A stretch of 64,000 bases of DNA from assembly GCA_965248575.1 (NCBI GenBank), contig CBDFJQ010000002.1, positions 1,184,001 through 1,248,000 on the forward strand, given 5' to 3'. Made by a program: the position numbers and the translations under genes. The notes beneath the pieces are model-generated. The model was not told the DNA's origin. It made no database searches and worked only from the letters and a program-made list of their open reading frames with translations. Below are positions 45,601-54,652 of the stretch, piece after piece. How positions within the stretch are numbered: position 1 is the first letter of the stretch; every line of letters begins with the position of its first letter. This DNA comes from Planctomycetota bacterium (lineage in GTDB: Bacteria; Planctomycetota; B15-G4).

Positions 45601-47050
45601 CGAATCCCAGTTCCTGGCCGAACAGGTGCTCGATCATCTGCCAGGCATGCACGTCGTCTCCCTGCACCTGGCGCAACAGTACCTCGATTCCGAGCTTCCC
45701 AACGAGGCGCTGAACATCCTGAAGTACCTGCTCTCACCGACGGACGTGGACCCGCGCACCCTTGAGATGTTCATGGAGGCCACCCGGGCGTTTGGCCATG
45801 ACGAGTGGGGTCTCGCCATGGCCTACGAGGCGAAGGACGACGACGCCGTGTTGCTCGTGCTGGCCGAGAGCCTCCGGCACCGGCGCTACGTCGAAGAGTC
45901 GCTTCCGCACTACGAGGCCTTCCTCGAACGAAACCCGACCGACATCGAGGCATGGTCGGGCATCATCCAGGCCTACGCATTCCTCGGTCGTCCGCGAAGC
46001 ACCGTCGAGAGCGTCAAGACGGCCCTCGAGCTCCATCCGCAAGACGACGAGCTGGCCCAGGTGTGTACTGCAGCCCTGTCCAGGATCCCGACCTTGGACA
46101 ACGAAGGACAGCGCATCCTGGAGCTGCTCACCTCCGAGTACCCGCAGAACCTCGCGCCCTACGAACCCCTGGCCCAGATCTACCTGACGGCCGGGTCCCT
46201 CGATCGACTCGAGCCTCTGATCGACGCGCTCGTCCAACAACTGCAGGGCTCGACGCCCGAGCTCTGGTCTGAGGAAGCCGCCGTCGAGGCAACCGTCTGT
46301 CGTCGTTTGGGCCGCCTGGCGCGCAGCGCCGGGCTGCGGACATACGCCCGCCAGCTCAACAAGTTGGCGCTCCAAATCGAACCCGGTTCGGTGGGGCAGT
46401 TCCAGGAGCTGGCATCGCTGGAGATCGAAGACGGCAACCTGGACATCGCCCGCAGCTACCTCGAAGTGCTCAGCATCGTGCGCCCCTACGACCGCGAGGG
46501 GCCGCTCACGTTGGCGCGGCTCCTGTTCGAGCAGATCGGGCAACCGCACATCGCCGCCGACATCATCCGTCGAACGTACGGCCGGCAGATCATGCCGCCG
46601 GCGGCCGTGGAAGTCCTGGCCGCCGAGTCCTACCTGCGTGGCGACTCCGAAACGGCGCTGCACCTCTTCCGCAAGATCAGCCATCACCCCGCAGTCACGC
46701 CCGACACCTTCTTGACCGTGGGCCGCATCGCCTTCGCCTCCGGCTTGGATGACGAGGCCCGTGGCATCTTCACCCAGTACCAGAAGTTCGTGGGACTCGA
46801 CCACCCGACGGCTGGCCGGGTCAGCTCCCTGCTGGCGCTCTGCGGACCCGCACCGAAGGCAGCAGGCACCGGCAAGGGTGCTGCCTCCTCCGCAGCGCCC
46901 GAGGCAGTTGAGGACGAGGGAACTGAGGGCGACTCACAAGCGGAGGCCGTGGCAGTGCAGGAAGCCTCGACCGATCCCGACAGCAACAGCAGCGCCGACC
47001 AGGCCGGTGACGGTCTCCCGAGCGCCCTCGCCGCCGACGGCGAGCTCTAG
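42680..47050 (+). CDS. Giant membrane-anchored TPR protein (1456 aa)
   Basis: Poly-Arg N-terminus plus one TM helix; many TPR units (LGKLLVRQGRLDSAVAEFRDVL, LASLEIEDGNLDIARSYLE); acidic tail. Confidence 0.8.
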   Translation: MARRRRRRRLTRAVPWLLALGFVVVVGLFVYEAVRTSADRIVAEAESIRRGDPNNGIARNPEVALDMLERLLAREPEHFDALIEAARSWASLRSYDNAVEMLERANAVAAAQEDTIGQVRALRQGVGYLISNRKFDDAIEWAQTVASIQPHNILFKLNYGLALYNSSTAIQNMVLRRFVPILKVTDDGDVFIVESIESYVTDIWGSSDTEALITQLAPKADEGTRDEIRQQLVDSRDLFGQAADVFVDYPNAPAFDQGVCRGYVELLRRSGRVYDAHIEAAIALRQPNLSTAMSRIMLQTQAQCLLVLDEVHQAANLYEEIVKGFRAAGTWPPPTFVQSLIDNRVLAEDWDWILANHAEYEELTNNDVLLQYAHAAALSATGDLDAAVEEIQQPFTTLSLGTRLPPSVRSFPDRRRRILLLAHSLFDQLDDTNALTALDALIDNFPHDSEGLEARIQVQIERDRLELAMEDAFALLTSDRRRPEDFQRWLDIANELSLQRYGLSLDERATEMIEKDLEFQAASAQAGFETNQGRPQDSWRSDTGSTSSAAYLTKAPALAWTTIRERIPRNQLERARNDLRRLSQDHPEVQEFRVQLGKLLVRQGRLDSAVAEFRDVLSQVPSDTELLDLTTRIEFSSGNSEQAAELVNQMILHDPLGVGAVRYGKNLLERGRIDEAQDLIKRLLRWPDFTPGRDLFIMSARAFLARGDIDSATALLVNLSNQFPNNEDVALLGLEIGLSSGDEGVIASAVAHLRPMITGLLPDQVGDLAWNLLDYEYFEEMLEIFPEVLRDLPVLRPALRPLAEASKAIGDTDEADRLLELLDDSEALRDRFLLMSFVGRTEDASRRLRLTTGRDDQQQDLDFCLLSAASLMGFQSMYDLVPVVRLRDLGVDLELDPASLELLDAVMRIMPSRDRLDEVVPRDVVENPLKAYPNAGPDVVRLLDALKQDPERTAETMRALVLLMMSIDRPFWWRESQFLAEQVLDHLPGMHVVSLHLAQQYLDSELPNEALNILKYLLSPTDVDPRTLEMFMEATRAFGHDEWGLAMAYEAKDDDAVLLVLAESLRHRRYVEESLPHYEAFLERNPTDIEAWSGIIQAYAFLGRPRSTVESVKTALELHPQDDELAQVCTAALSRIPTLDNEGQRILELLTSEYPQNLAPYEPLAQIYLTAGSLDRLEPLIDALVQQLQGSTPELWSEEAAVEATVCRRLGRLARSAGLRTYARQLNKLALQIEPGSVGQFQELASLEIEDGNLDIARSYLEVLSIVRPYDREGPLTLARLLFEQIGQPHIAADIIRRTYGRQIMPPAAVEVLAAESYLRGDSETALHLFRKISHHPAVTPDTFLTVGRIAFASGLDDEARGIFTQYQKFVGLDHPTAGRVSSLLALCGPAPKAAGTGKGAASSAAPEAVEDEGTEGDSQAEAVAVQEASTDPDSNSSADQAGDGLPSALAADGEL

Positions 47051-47083
47051 GAACTTCTCGCGGACCCGCAGGAGCCCGGCTGC

Positions 47084-47959
47084 TCAGTCGAGGGACGCAG
47101 GGTCCAGGCGACGCTCGCTCGGTACGGCGATCTCGCCGATGGGCCCGAAGGCGTGCCGCTCCAGCAAGCGCTGAAGCTTTCCCTGCACCTGCGAAAGACC
47201 GAAGTAGTGCCGGAATGTCCGCAGGCCACCCAGCTGGTGACGGGGCTGGTGGACATCCAGCTCCCAAGGGTGCAGATAGACGACTCCCGCTTCCCCGTCG
47301 GCCTCCGAACGTCGCAGCGCTCCGTCCACCAATGGCAAGGGCAGAAGTCTCAAATAGCCGCCCCCCGCCGCGGGCCAGCGCCGCCCGAAGGCGGGCCGGG
47401 TCAGCAAGGGGTACTCACGCAGGGCGGGACCGCCAGGCAGGTCCAGGTGCACGGGGTGCCAAGGAAACGCCGGATCACCGTATCGGTCGTGCCGCACGGG
47501 AAACACGCTGCTGTCCCAGGTGTGCCCCGCATCCGCCAGCGCGTTCAGCGCCCAGCGGGTGCCCTTGCCGATCGAGAAGGTCGACGCACGGAAACCAGCG
47601 ACCTCTGCACCCGAGATATCCTGCAGCAGGGCACGCGCGCGGCGCACGTCTTCCGCGAAACCCTCCGGGCCGAGATCGCCCGCCATGCGGTGGCTGTATC
47701 CATGGGAGGCCAGCTCGTGGCCTGCACCGATAATGCGGTTGACGACGGCGGGAGATCGCTCCGCAACCAACCCCAGCACGAAGAAGGTTGCGCGCACGCC
47801 GGCGGTGTCGAGCAGGGCCAGGATCTGGTCCGTGACCGCTTCCACCCGGCTGTCCTGGGAGGCCCAGGAATCCGGCGGTGTCACCGACCACATGTTGAGC
47901 GCGTGAAAGGCCTCTTCGATATCAAAGGACAACCCATGTCGAATGACCGGGGAGCTCAT
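47084..47959 (-). CDS. Polysaccharide deacetylase, PEP-CTERM-locus/DUF3473 type
   Basis: SFDIEE, ATFFVLG, HELASHGYSH, GFRASTFSI, GGGYLRL, YLHPWELD; ATGA overlap with the upstream gene. Confidence 0.88.
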   Translation of the reverse strand: MSSPVIRHGLSFDIEEAFHALNMWSVTPPDSWASQDSRVEAVTDQILALLDTAGVRATFFVLGLVAERSPAVVNRIIGAGHELASHGYSHRMAGDLGPEGFAEDVRRARALLQDISGAEVAGFRASTFSIGKGTRWALNALADAGHTWDSSVFPVRHDRYGDPAFPWHPVHLDLPGGPALREYPLLTRPAFGRRWPAAGGGYLRLLPLPLVDGALRRSEADGEAGVVYLHPWELDVHQPRHQLGGLRTFRHYFGLSQVQGKLQRLLERHAFGPIGEIAVPSERRLDPASLD

Positions 47960-49095
47960 GTCGTCAGCGCCCCCAGGCACTCCAGGGCGATCTCTTCGAC
48001 GCGCTGCGCGTTGGCATCCCAGGTGTAACGCTGCTCGTCGAGGGTCGAGCGAGCGCCCCCACCCAGGGCCGTGCGCAGGGCCGTGTCGTTCGCCAAGGTT
48101 GCCACCGCGGCACACATGTCCTCGATGGCACCCGGTTCGAACAAGAGGGCATCCTTCTCGTGGGTCAGGATCTCCCGCAGGTTGGCCTGATCCGGCGCGA
48201 CGATCGCCTTGCCCGCCGCCATGTACTCGAAGAGCTTCAGGGGCGATGCCCAGGCCGTCGCAGCAGGCTGCACACAGATATCCATGGAGCGCACGAGCGC
48301 CGGGATCTCCTCGCGCGAGACGGCGCCCGTGACGGTCACGCGCGACACGACGTCGCGCTCCACGGCCCGTGCCTCGATGGAGGCCTGGGCTGGGCCCGTG
48401 CCCACCAACAGGAGGCGCGAGTTCTTGGGCAGCAGTCCGTCCGCGAGTCCGTCAACCAGGGCTTCGATGCCGTGCCAAGGGCGGAAGAAGCCGGTGAAGC
48501 CCACCACGACGTCGTCACGGGCGGGAAGTGCTTCCACGGGATAGAGCGAGAGGTTCGCCCCATTGGGAATCACGCGCACACGCTCAGCGGGCAGCCCTTG
48601 GGCGATGAGCATGTCGGCCAGCACCTGGGTGACCACGAGCAGTCTGTCCGCTCGATCGAACACCCGTCGCTCCGAGGCTTCGGCCCAGCGCTGAAGTACG
48701 AGGGTCTCGTGAGCGCTGCGTTCGGTGGCGAGAGGCGAGTTCACTTCCAGCAGCAGGGGGACCCCCAGGCTGCGCGCCGCACGCACACCGGCCGTGTTCG
48801 ACAGGGCGTGGCGTTCGTAGATGAAGTCCGCTTCACAGGCTCGCGCGGCCTCGACCAATCGGCGATACACCATCGGGCCATAGGCGTGTTCCGCCAGCTC
48901 GTAGGTGACGCGCGGCAGACGGCTCAGCAGCTTGCCGACCGCGCCGCCCTCGGAGCCCATCTCACCGTCGTCGCCCTTGGAGAGAGCCCACTCTTCCACG
49001 TGATGCTCCCGCCGGCGCAGCGCAGCGATGAGCTCGCGAATGTGCACAGCCTGTCCATCGCGAGACTTGGTCCGGTGGTGATACAGGATGTTCAT
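47956..49095 (-). CDS. Glycosyltransferase family 4
   Basis: DGQAVHI, FIYERH, LLEVNSP, GFFRPWHG, SPLKLFEYMAAGK. Confidence 0.88.
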   Translation of the reverse strand: MNILYHHRTKSRDGQAVHIRELIAALRRREHHVEEWALSKGDDGEMGSEGGAVGKLLSRLPRVTYELAEHAYGPMVYRRLVEAARACEADFIYERHALSNTAGVRAARSLGVPLLLEVNSPLATERSAHETLVLQRWAEASERRVFDRADRLLVVTQVLADMLIAQGLPAERVRVIPNGANLSLYPVEALPARDDVVVGFTGFFRPWHGIEALVDGLADGLLPKNSRLLLVGTGPAQASIEARAVERDVVSRVTVTGAVSREEIPALVRSMDICVQPAATAWASPLKLFEYMAAGKAIVAPDQANLREILTHEKDALLFEPGAIEDMCAAVATLANDTALRTALGGGARSTLDEQRYTWDANAQRVEEIALECLGALTT

Positions 49096-50291
49096 GCCGG
49101 GACCGCCTCGCCCGCGACCCGTTCAAAGAGCTGGTGCATGCCGTCCAGGGTGGGTTCCCAACCGAACTGCTCGGCCCAGGGTCGGGCGGCGGCCGCGTCC
49201 ATCTGCTCGAAATCGCGCAGGCCTTGCTTGAGGCCGTGCACGCTGGGCTCCACCAGACGACCGGCGGCGCAGCCCGTCAGGATCTCAGGCGTCCCCCAGA
49301 CCTTCGTCGCGACGATGGGCGTGCCGCATGCCAGGCCTTCCAGCACCACGTTCGGCCAGCCCTCGCGACTGGAGGCGAGCACCTGCACGTCGGCCGCCTG
49401 ATACCAGACAGGCAGCTCCGACGGTGGCACGGGCCCCACGAACTGGACGAAATGATCCACGCTGTGCTGCTCCGCCAAGCGCTTCATCGGGGCCACATCA
49501 CCGCCGCCGACGAGCACCAGCCTATGAGGTACAGGAGCCTTGGCCAGGCTGCGCGCAAAGGCCTCAATCAGAAGGTGCTGCCCCTTGCGCTCCACCAGAT
49601 GCCCGACGCAGAGCACGATACGTTCGTCCTCCGGTAGGCCGGTGTAGGCGCGTGCCTTGCTCTTGGAGCCCGGCTGGAAATGTTCGAGGTCGACACCGTT
49701 GCGCAAGGTGGTGACCTTCTCGGGCGGGGCGCCGAGCTTCAGGGCAACATCGCGCAGGGCGTCCGCCACGCACACCACCTGGTCCACCCCTCGCAGGGTC
49801 TCCTGGATCTGCGGGCGCACGGAATCGATTTCTGGGATCAGGTTGAGGTCGGTCCCACGACACGTCAGCACCATGGGCAAGCGGCGCCCCAAGGCCTTGG
49901 ACAATTGATCTCGCAGCTGAAAGGCCGCCACACCGTCGGGGTAGGCGTAATGCACGTCGAGCACGTCGGGTTGCACCCGTCGCACCTGTTCCGCCAAGCA
50001 GCTCCGAACCGAACGCGCCATGAGGTTGGCGCGCCAGGCATCGCCGAAGCCGGGCGGGCTCGCGTAGCGCGGATGGTCCACGGAGAAACCGTCGACCGTC
50101 TCTCTGGAAGGGATCCGCCGGAAGCGCGTCCATCGACGCGGCCCCACGGGGGGAGCCATGGGGACCGGCGCAACGATGTGGGCACTGCCTCCATGGCGCT
50201 TGAGGTAGCGCTGCAGTCTCGTCTTCACGAACACCCCGTGGTGAGGTTCCAGGCCGTTCGGGAAGAGGGATGTGAAGACGAGAAGCTTCAC
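49092..50291 (-). CDS. Glycosyltransferase family 4 (TuaC-like)
   Basis: TSLFPN..HGVFV, HYAYPDG, RGTDLN, RNGVD, SSREGWPNVVLEGLACG; GTGA overlap with the asnB stop. Confidence 0.88.
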   Translation of the reverse strand: MKLLVFTSLFPNGLEPHHGVFVKTRLQRYLKRHGGSAHIVAPVPMAPPVGPRRWTRFRRIPSRETVDGFSVDHPRYASPPGFGDAWRANLMARSVRSCLAEQVRRVQPDVLDVHYAYPDGVAAFQLRDQLSKALGRRLPMVLTCRGTDLNLIPEIDSVRPQIQETLRGVDQVVCVADALRDVALKLGAPPEKVTTLRNGVDLEHFQPGSKSKARAYTGLPEDERIVLCVGHLVERKGQHLLIEAFARSLAKAPVPHRLVLVGGGDVAPMKRLAEQHSVDHFVQFVGPVPPSELPVWYQAADVQVLASSREGWPNVVLEGLACGTPIVATKVWGTPEILTGCAAGRLVEPSVHGLKQGLRDFEQMDAAAARPWAEQFGWEPTLDGMHQLFERVAGEAVPA

Positions 50292-52168
50292 GACATCACC
50301 GCTGGGTAAGCGTGGCGTTGGAACGCATCCAAGACTACGAAGAACCACACCTCGGCGGTCCGGTCCTGCTTGCCGGAGAGGTGGTCGTTGATGGTCCTGC
50401 ACACCTCGTCGTAGTCGAGCAGGTCGAACACCGGCCCGGAGGGTTCGGCGATGATCTCGCCCAGCACGGGTGCCAGAGGTCCCGCAAGCCAATCGCCCAC
50501 GGGCAAGTGGAACCCCTGCTTGGGTCGGTCCAGCACGCTGTCGGGGACTCTCCCGCGCAGGCTGCGTTTGAAGAGCGCCTTGCCCTCCCCATCGTGCAGC
50601 TTGCTCTCCACCGGCAGGTTGGCGGCGTACTCGACGAAGTCGGTGTCCAGGAGCGGCACGCGCACCTCGAGGCCGTGAGCCATGGACATGCGATCGGCTT
50701 TCACCAGGATGTCGTCGGCCAGCCAGGTCGAAAAGTCCATCGCCAGCACACGGCTCAACGGGTCGTGGTGCTCCACGCGTTTGGCACGCTTCTCCACGCT
50801 TTCCCGCAGCGGTTCCTCCGGGAGGAGTTCGGGGCGGATCAGCGCGCGCGCCCGCTTCTCCGGAATGCGCGACAGGCTGCGGAGGTATCCGTCGAGCCAG
50901 TCGTCTCCCAGGTTCTCGAGCAAGGTTCCGGCACGCAGGGGCTTGGGCACCCAGCGGCCGCGGGGCCAGGCGCGGCCCAGGGGCCCGAGACCCAGGCGCC
51001 GCAAGGGCTCCGGCAGGTTGGCCCGCATGTGTTCCTCGATGACGTCGTACTTGGTGCGCCGATAGCCTGCGAAGTTCTCGTCACCACCATCGCCAGACAG
51101 GGCAACCGTGACGTGTCGACGCGCGGCCTCACACACCAGCCAGGTGGGAGCAGCCGAAGTGTCGGCGAAGGGGCTCTCCAGGTGCCAGGCGAGGCGAGGT
51201 ACCAGGTCCACGATGTCCGACTCGGCAGACTCCTCATGCAGACGCACGCCCAGGCCCTTGGCCACTTGCCGGGCGAAGGGGCGCTCATCCATGCCGTCGG
51301 ACACGACGCCGACGGTCACGGCGTCGACCTGGGTCGAGACGACCTTCGTCATGGCCGTCACCACAGCGGAGGAATCGATCCCCCCTGAGAGAAAGGCACC
51401 CAAGGGGACTTCACTCATCATGTGCGATTCTACGGCGCGGGACACCTGCTCCCAGCAAGCGTCGGGGTCGTCCTGCTCGGTGCCGGGCTCGAACACCAAC
51501 TCATGATGTCGGCCGTGACGGATCTCGCCTTCGGACCAGGTCAGGAAGGCTCCAGGCTCCAGGCACTGCACACCTTCGTAGATCGTCCCTGGAGCCATGG
51601 TGAAACCGAGCGTCACTGACTCCAGCAGCCCCCGCTTGGAGAGCGGCGGGCGCGTGGGCAGGGCCGTCAGGATCGCCTTCATCTCCGAGCCGAAGTGCAG
51701 CCCGTCCCGGGTGTTGGCCCAGAACAGGGGCTTGATGCCCAAGGGGTCGCGCGCGAGGTGCAGCTCACGCTTCATGCGATCGAGCAAGGCGAAGGCGAAC
51801 ATACCCCGCAAGCGACGCAGCATCCCGGCCAGCCCCCACACCAGGAAGCCATGCACGATCACCTCACCGTCGCTCCCGGTGCGTGGTCGGCATCCGGCAG
51901 CCTCCAGCTCAGCGCGCAACTCACGATGGTTGTAGATCTCGCCGTTGTAGACCATGGCGACGCGCTGCTCGTCATCGTAGAGCGGGTTTCGACCCCCCTC
52001 CAGGTCGATGATGGCCAGCCGCCGGTGCCCGAGCCCGAAGGGGCCGTCCATGAACGTGTCCTGGGCGTCCGGCCCACGATGCTCGAGGGACGACGTCATC
52101 CTCTCCAAGAGGACTTCCTCCAGCAGAGGCTGGCCTGGAGACGCTGCGAAACCGGCGATGCCACACAT
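50288..52168 (-). CDS. asnB: Asparagine synthase (glutamine-hydrolysing)-like amidotransferase, EPS-locus type
   Basis: MCGIAG Ntn start, HRGPD, HRRLAIID, YNGEIYN, LSGGIDSS, SGDGGDE, DRMSMAHGLEVRVP, PKQGF. Confidence 0.92.
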   Translation of the reverse strand: MCGIAGFAASPGQPLLEEVLLERMTSSLEHRGPDAQDTFMDGPFGLGHRRLAIIDLEGGRNPLYDDEQRVAMVYNGEIYNHRELRAELEAAGCRPRTGSDGEVIVHGFLVWGLAGMLRRLRGMFAFALLDRMKRELHLARDPLGIKPLFWANTRDGLHFGSEMKAILTALPTRPPLSKRGLLESVTLGFTMAPGTIYEGVQCLEPGAFLTWSEGEIRHGRHHELVFEPGTEQDDPDACWEQVSRAVESHMMSEVPLGAFLSGGIDSSAVVTAMTKVVSTQVDAVTVGVVSDGMDERPFARQVAKGLGVRLHEESAESDIVDLVPRLAWHLESPFADTSAAPTWLVCEAARRHVTVALSGDGGDENFAGYRRTKYDVIEEHMRANLPEPLRRLGLGPLGRAWPRGRWVPKPLRAGTLLENLGDDWLDGYLRSLSRIPEKRARALIRPELLPEEPLRESVEKRAKRVEHHDPLSRVLAMDFSTWLADDILVKADRMSMAHGLEVRVPLLDTDFVEYAANLPVESKLHDGEGKALFKRSLRGRVPDSVLDRPKQGFHLPVGDWLAGPLAPVLGEIIAEPSGPVFDLLDYDEVCRTINDHLSGKQDRTAEVWFFVVLDAFQRHAYPAVMS

Positions 52169-52169
52169 C

Positions 52170-53294
52170 TCAGACCACCTTCATGGGAAGCAGGGCTTCG
52201 TAGATGTCCACGTAGGCGTCAACCATGCGTGCGTGGGTAAAGTGCGCCAGGTAGCGCTGACGGGCCGCGCGCCCTTGCTGCTCCCGTCGCTCGGGTTTCC
52301 GGAGCAACGACTCAAGCGTAGCGGCGTATCCGTGCTCATCCCTGTACTGCACGAGTGATCCAGTGACGCCATCGTCGATGACTTCCGGGTTGCCGCCCAC
52401 GGCGTAGGAAACCGAGGGCCGGCTCATGGCGTGCGCCTCGACCATGCTCAGCGGCAGGCCTTCGCGGTGGCTGGGCAGCACGAACAGGTCGGCGGCTGCG
52501 AGCAGGCGCGGCACATCGTCCCGATTGCCCAGGAATTGAACGGCCTGTTCCGGCAGTGTCGATCGCGCCTGGGTCTCGAGCTCTTGCCGCAAGGGCCCAT
52601 CGCCAGCCAGCACGAAACGCGCATGGCCGTCGAGCTTGGCGTGCAGTTCGGCGAAGACCCGCAAGAAGCCGGCGTGGTTTTTCACCGGCGTGAGGCTGCC
52701 CACGGCCAGCACCACAGGAGTCTCCTGACCCCACCCTAGCTCCAGGCGAGCCTCCGCCTGGCTGCCAGGGAAGCGCTCCAGCGGGTCCGGGATGCCATTC
52801 ACAAGACAGGATGTGCGGGACCCTGGGAAGCCCTCGAAACGCACCAGATCACCGCGCAGCTGCTCCGACACCGCGACCGTGCGCGTCACGCGGCGAGCGA
52901 GCCAACGATGGAGCACGCGGTGTCTCCACGGCGCCGGCATCTCGCGATCGTGTTCCGTAAACAAGGATGGCAACCGTCGGGCGCGCCATGCGGCACGGGC
53001 CCCGTGAAAGAGGGCGGTCACATTGTGGCAGTGGACCAGGTCGACTCCGTCCTCGACGAACCGCGCGGCCAGCTTGCGGGCGTAGCCGGCGTCGACACCC
53101 TGCTCGCGCGGCATGTGGACGTAGGCGATGCCTGCCTCCTCAAGGACGGCCTTGTTCGGGCCCTCCGCATCGAAGGTGTAGAACCGGGGCTCGAACTCGT
53201 CGCGCTTCAGCGCCAAGGCGAGGCCCACGGCCATGCCCTGGAGCCCTCCGATAGCCAGGTCGGGAACGACCATCGCCAACTGCTGCGCACTCAT
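52170..53294 (-). CDS. Glycosyltransferase family 4
   Basis: IGGLQ, VHCHN, TEH, NGI, VGSLTPVKN, LPSHREGLPLSMVEA, VGGNPEVI. Confidence 0.88.
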   Translation of the reverse strand: MSAQQLAMVVPDLAIGGLQGMAVGLALALKRDEFEPRFYTFDAEGPNKAVLEEAGIAYVHMPREQGVDAGYARKLAARFVEDGVDLVHCHNVTALFHGARAAWRARRLPSLFTEHDREMPAPWRHRVLHRWLARRVTRTVAVSEQLRGDLVRFEGFPGSRTSCLVNGIPDPLERFPGSQAEARLELGWGQETPVVLAVGSLTPVKNHAGFLRVFAELHAKLDGHARFVLAGDGPLRQELETQARSTLPEQAVQFLGNRDDVPRLLAAADLFVLPSHREGLPLSMVEAHAMSRPSVSYAVGGNPEVIDDGVTGSLVQYRDEHGYAATLESLLRKPERREQQGRAARQRYLAHFTHARMVDAYVDIYEALLPMKVV

Positions 53295-54652
53295 GACGAA
53301 CTCGCCTTGACGAACGGGTTACCGTGCCGCACCCACACCTGCTGCGCGAGCCTCGGCCCCTTCCGGCGAGCCGTCCGCTTCTGCACGACCCGCTCCGCAG
53401 CGATCACCGTCGGCAGCACCGACGCCACCACGATCAGCTGATAGATGAAGTCGAAGTGCGCACGGTTGAGGAACGTCGCCCCGACCATGAAGGAACACAT
53501 CGAGATCTGGATAGCGTGGCAATACGGGATGGCCCAGTCATCACCCTCCCGTTTGCATCTTCGCCAGAGCCGTTCGAGCGAGACGATCGACCCCACGATC
53601 ATGAACATGAACAGCAAATAGGCAGCGGTACCCGACTCAGCCCAGATCTGGAAGTAGGAGTTGTGGGACACGCGGGCATAGTGATCCGTCCCGCCCTCTT
53701 CGTTGTAGATGCCCTTGGTGTAGCGGTTGTACTCGTGCACCATGTTGTTGAACCCGATGCCGAAGACGGGGTTCCCCTTGATCATGTTGGTCGCCACCAT
53801 CCAGGACGTGAAGCGGCCTTGGACGGAGTCGTCCTGCTCTTCTGCATCCACGAACATGCTCGCGATGCGATCCTTGTATTCCTGGGGCGCGACCGCTGTT
53901 CCGATCACTCCCGCCAGGACCAGAGCCGCCATCGCGGGCACCTTGTACTTGGTCTTGTAGGCCATGAGCATCGCGGCGACGCCCAATGAAAGGAAGGCGC
54001 CGCGGGAGCCCGTCGACATGATGGTCAGGAGCGACATGGCGCACGCCCCCTTCATGAACAGGCAGATCTGCTTGCCGTACTTCAGCGGCTTCATCTCGTT
54101 GCCCAGGTAGAACAGCAACGGCACGTTCATGACCATCGCCAGGGCGAAGTCGTTGTTGTCCTTGAGCATGCCGCCCGGGCCAGCAATCGACCTGCTTCCC
54201 AGCACGTACATGAGGCCGTTCTTGGCGCCGTAGAAACCCAGGGCCACGGCCATCACGGCCATGATGACGCGCAAGCGATAGCGGTTGACCAGGAAGGCTG
54301 CCGTCAGCAGGGACACGAAGATCACCTTCACGAGGTCGGTGTACTTCGCGCCCTGTTCCTCCCAGCGCACCCTGTTGAAGATGATGGACAGCGTCACCAC
54401 CAGAACCAGCAGGGCCATGGCCTTGATGCGGTGGTATTTGAACGGGATCGGCCGGAACTCGGACACGAGCCAGCCCAGCACCATGGCGATGGCGATCAGC
54501 TGTGAGAGCGGCAGGTTGCGGGCGAAGCCCCAGGTGAGGTCCTGGGTCCGGTTGTAGGCCAGGAAGGTGAAGGCGCAGATGCCAACCCACGGGCGCATGA
54601 GGCTCAGGGGCAGGATGCCGACGAAGAGCAGGAAGACGACGATGTCACGCAC
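53291..54652 (-). CDS. Putative O-glycosylation ligase / Wzy-like polymerase, exosortase-A-associated type
   Basis: MRDIVV..RPWVG, DNNDFAL, TGSRGAF, SVQGR..W, FGIG, SHNSYFQIWAESG; multi-TM; start moved to GTG 54652. Confidence 0.8.
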   Translation of the reverse strand: MRDIVVFLLFVGILPLSLMRPWVGICAFTFLAYNRTQDLTWGFARNLPLSQLIAIAMVLGWLVSEFRPIPFKYHRIKAMALLVLVVTLSIIFNRVRWEEQGAKYTDLVKVIFVSLLTAAFLVNRYRLRVIMAVMAVALGFYGAKNGLMYVLGSRSIAGPGGMLKDNNDFALAMVMNVPLLFYLGNEMKPLKYGKQICLFMKGACAMSLLTIMSTGSRGAFLSLGVAAMLMAYKTKYKVPAMAALVLAGVIGTAVAPQEYKDRIASMFVDAEEQDDSVQGRFTSWMVATNMIKGNPVFGIGFNNMVHEYNRYTKGIYNEEGGTDHYARVSHNSYFQIWAESGTAAYLLFMFMIVGSIVSLERLWRRCKREGDDWAIPYCHAIQISMCSFMVGATFLNRAHFDFIYQLIVVASVLPTVIAAERVVQKRTARRKGPRLAQQVWVRHGNPFVKASSS

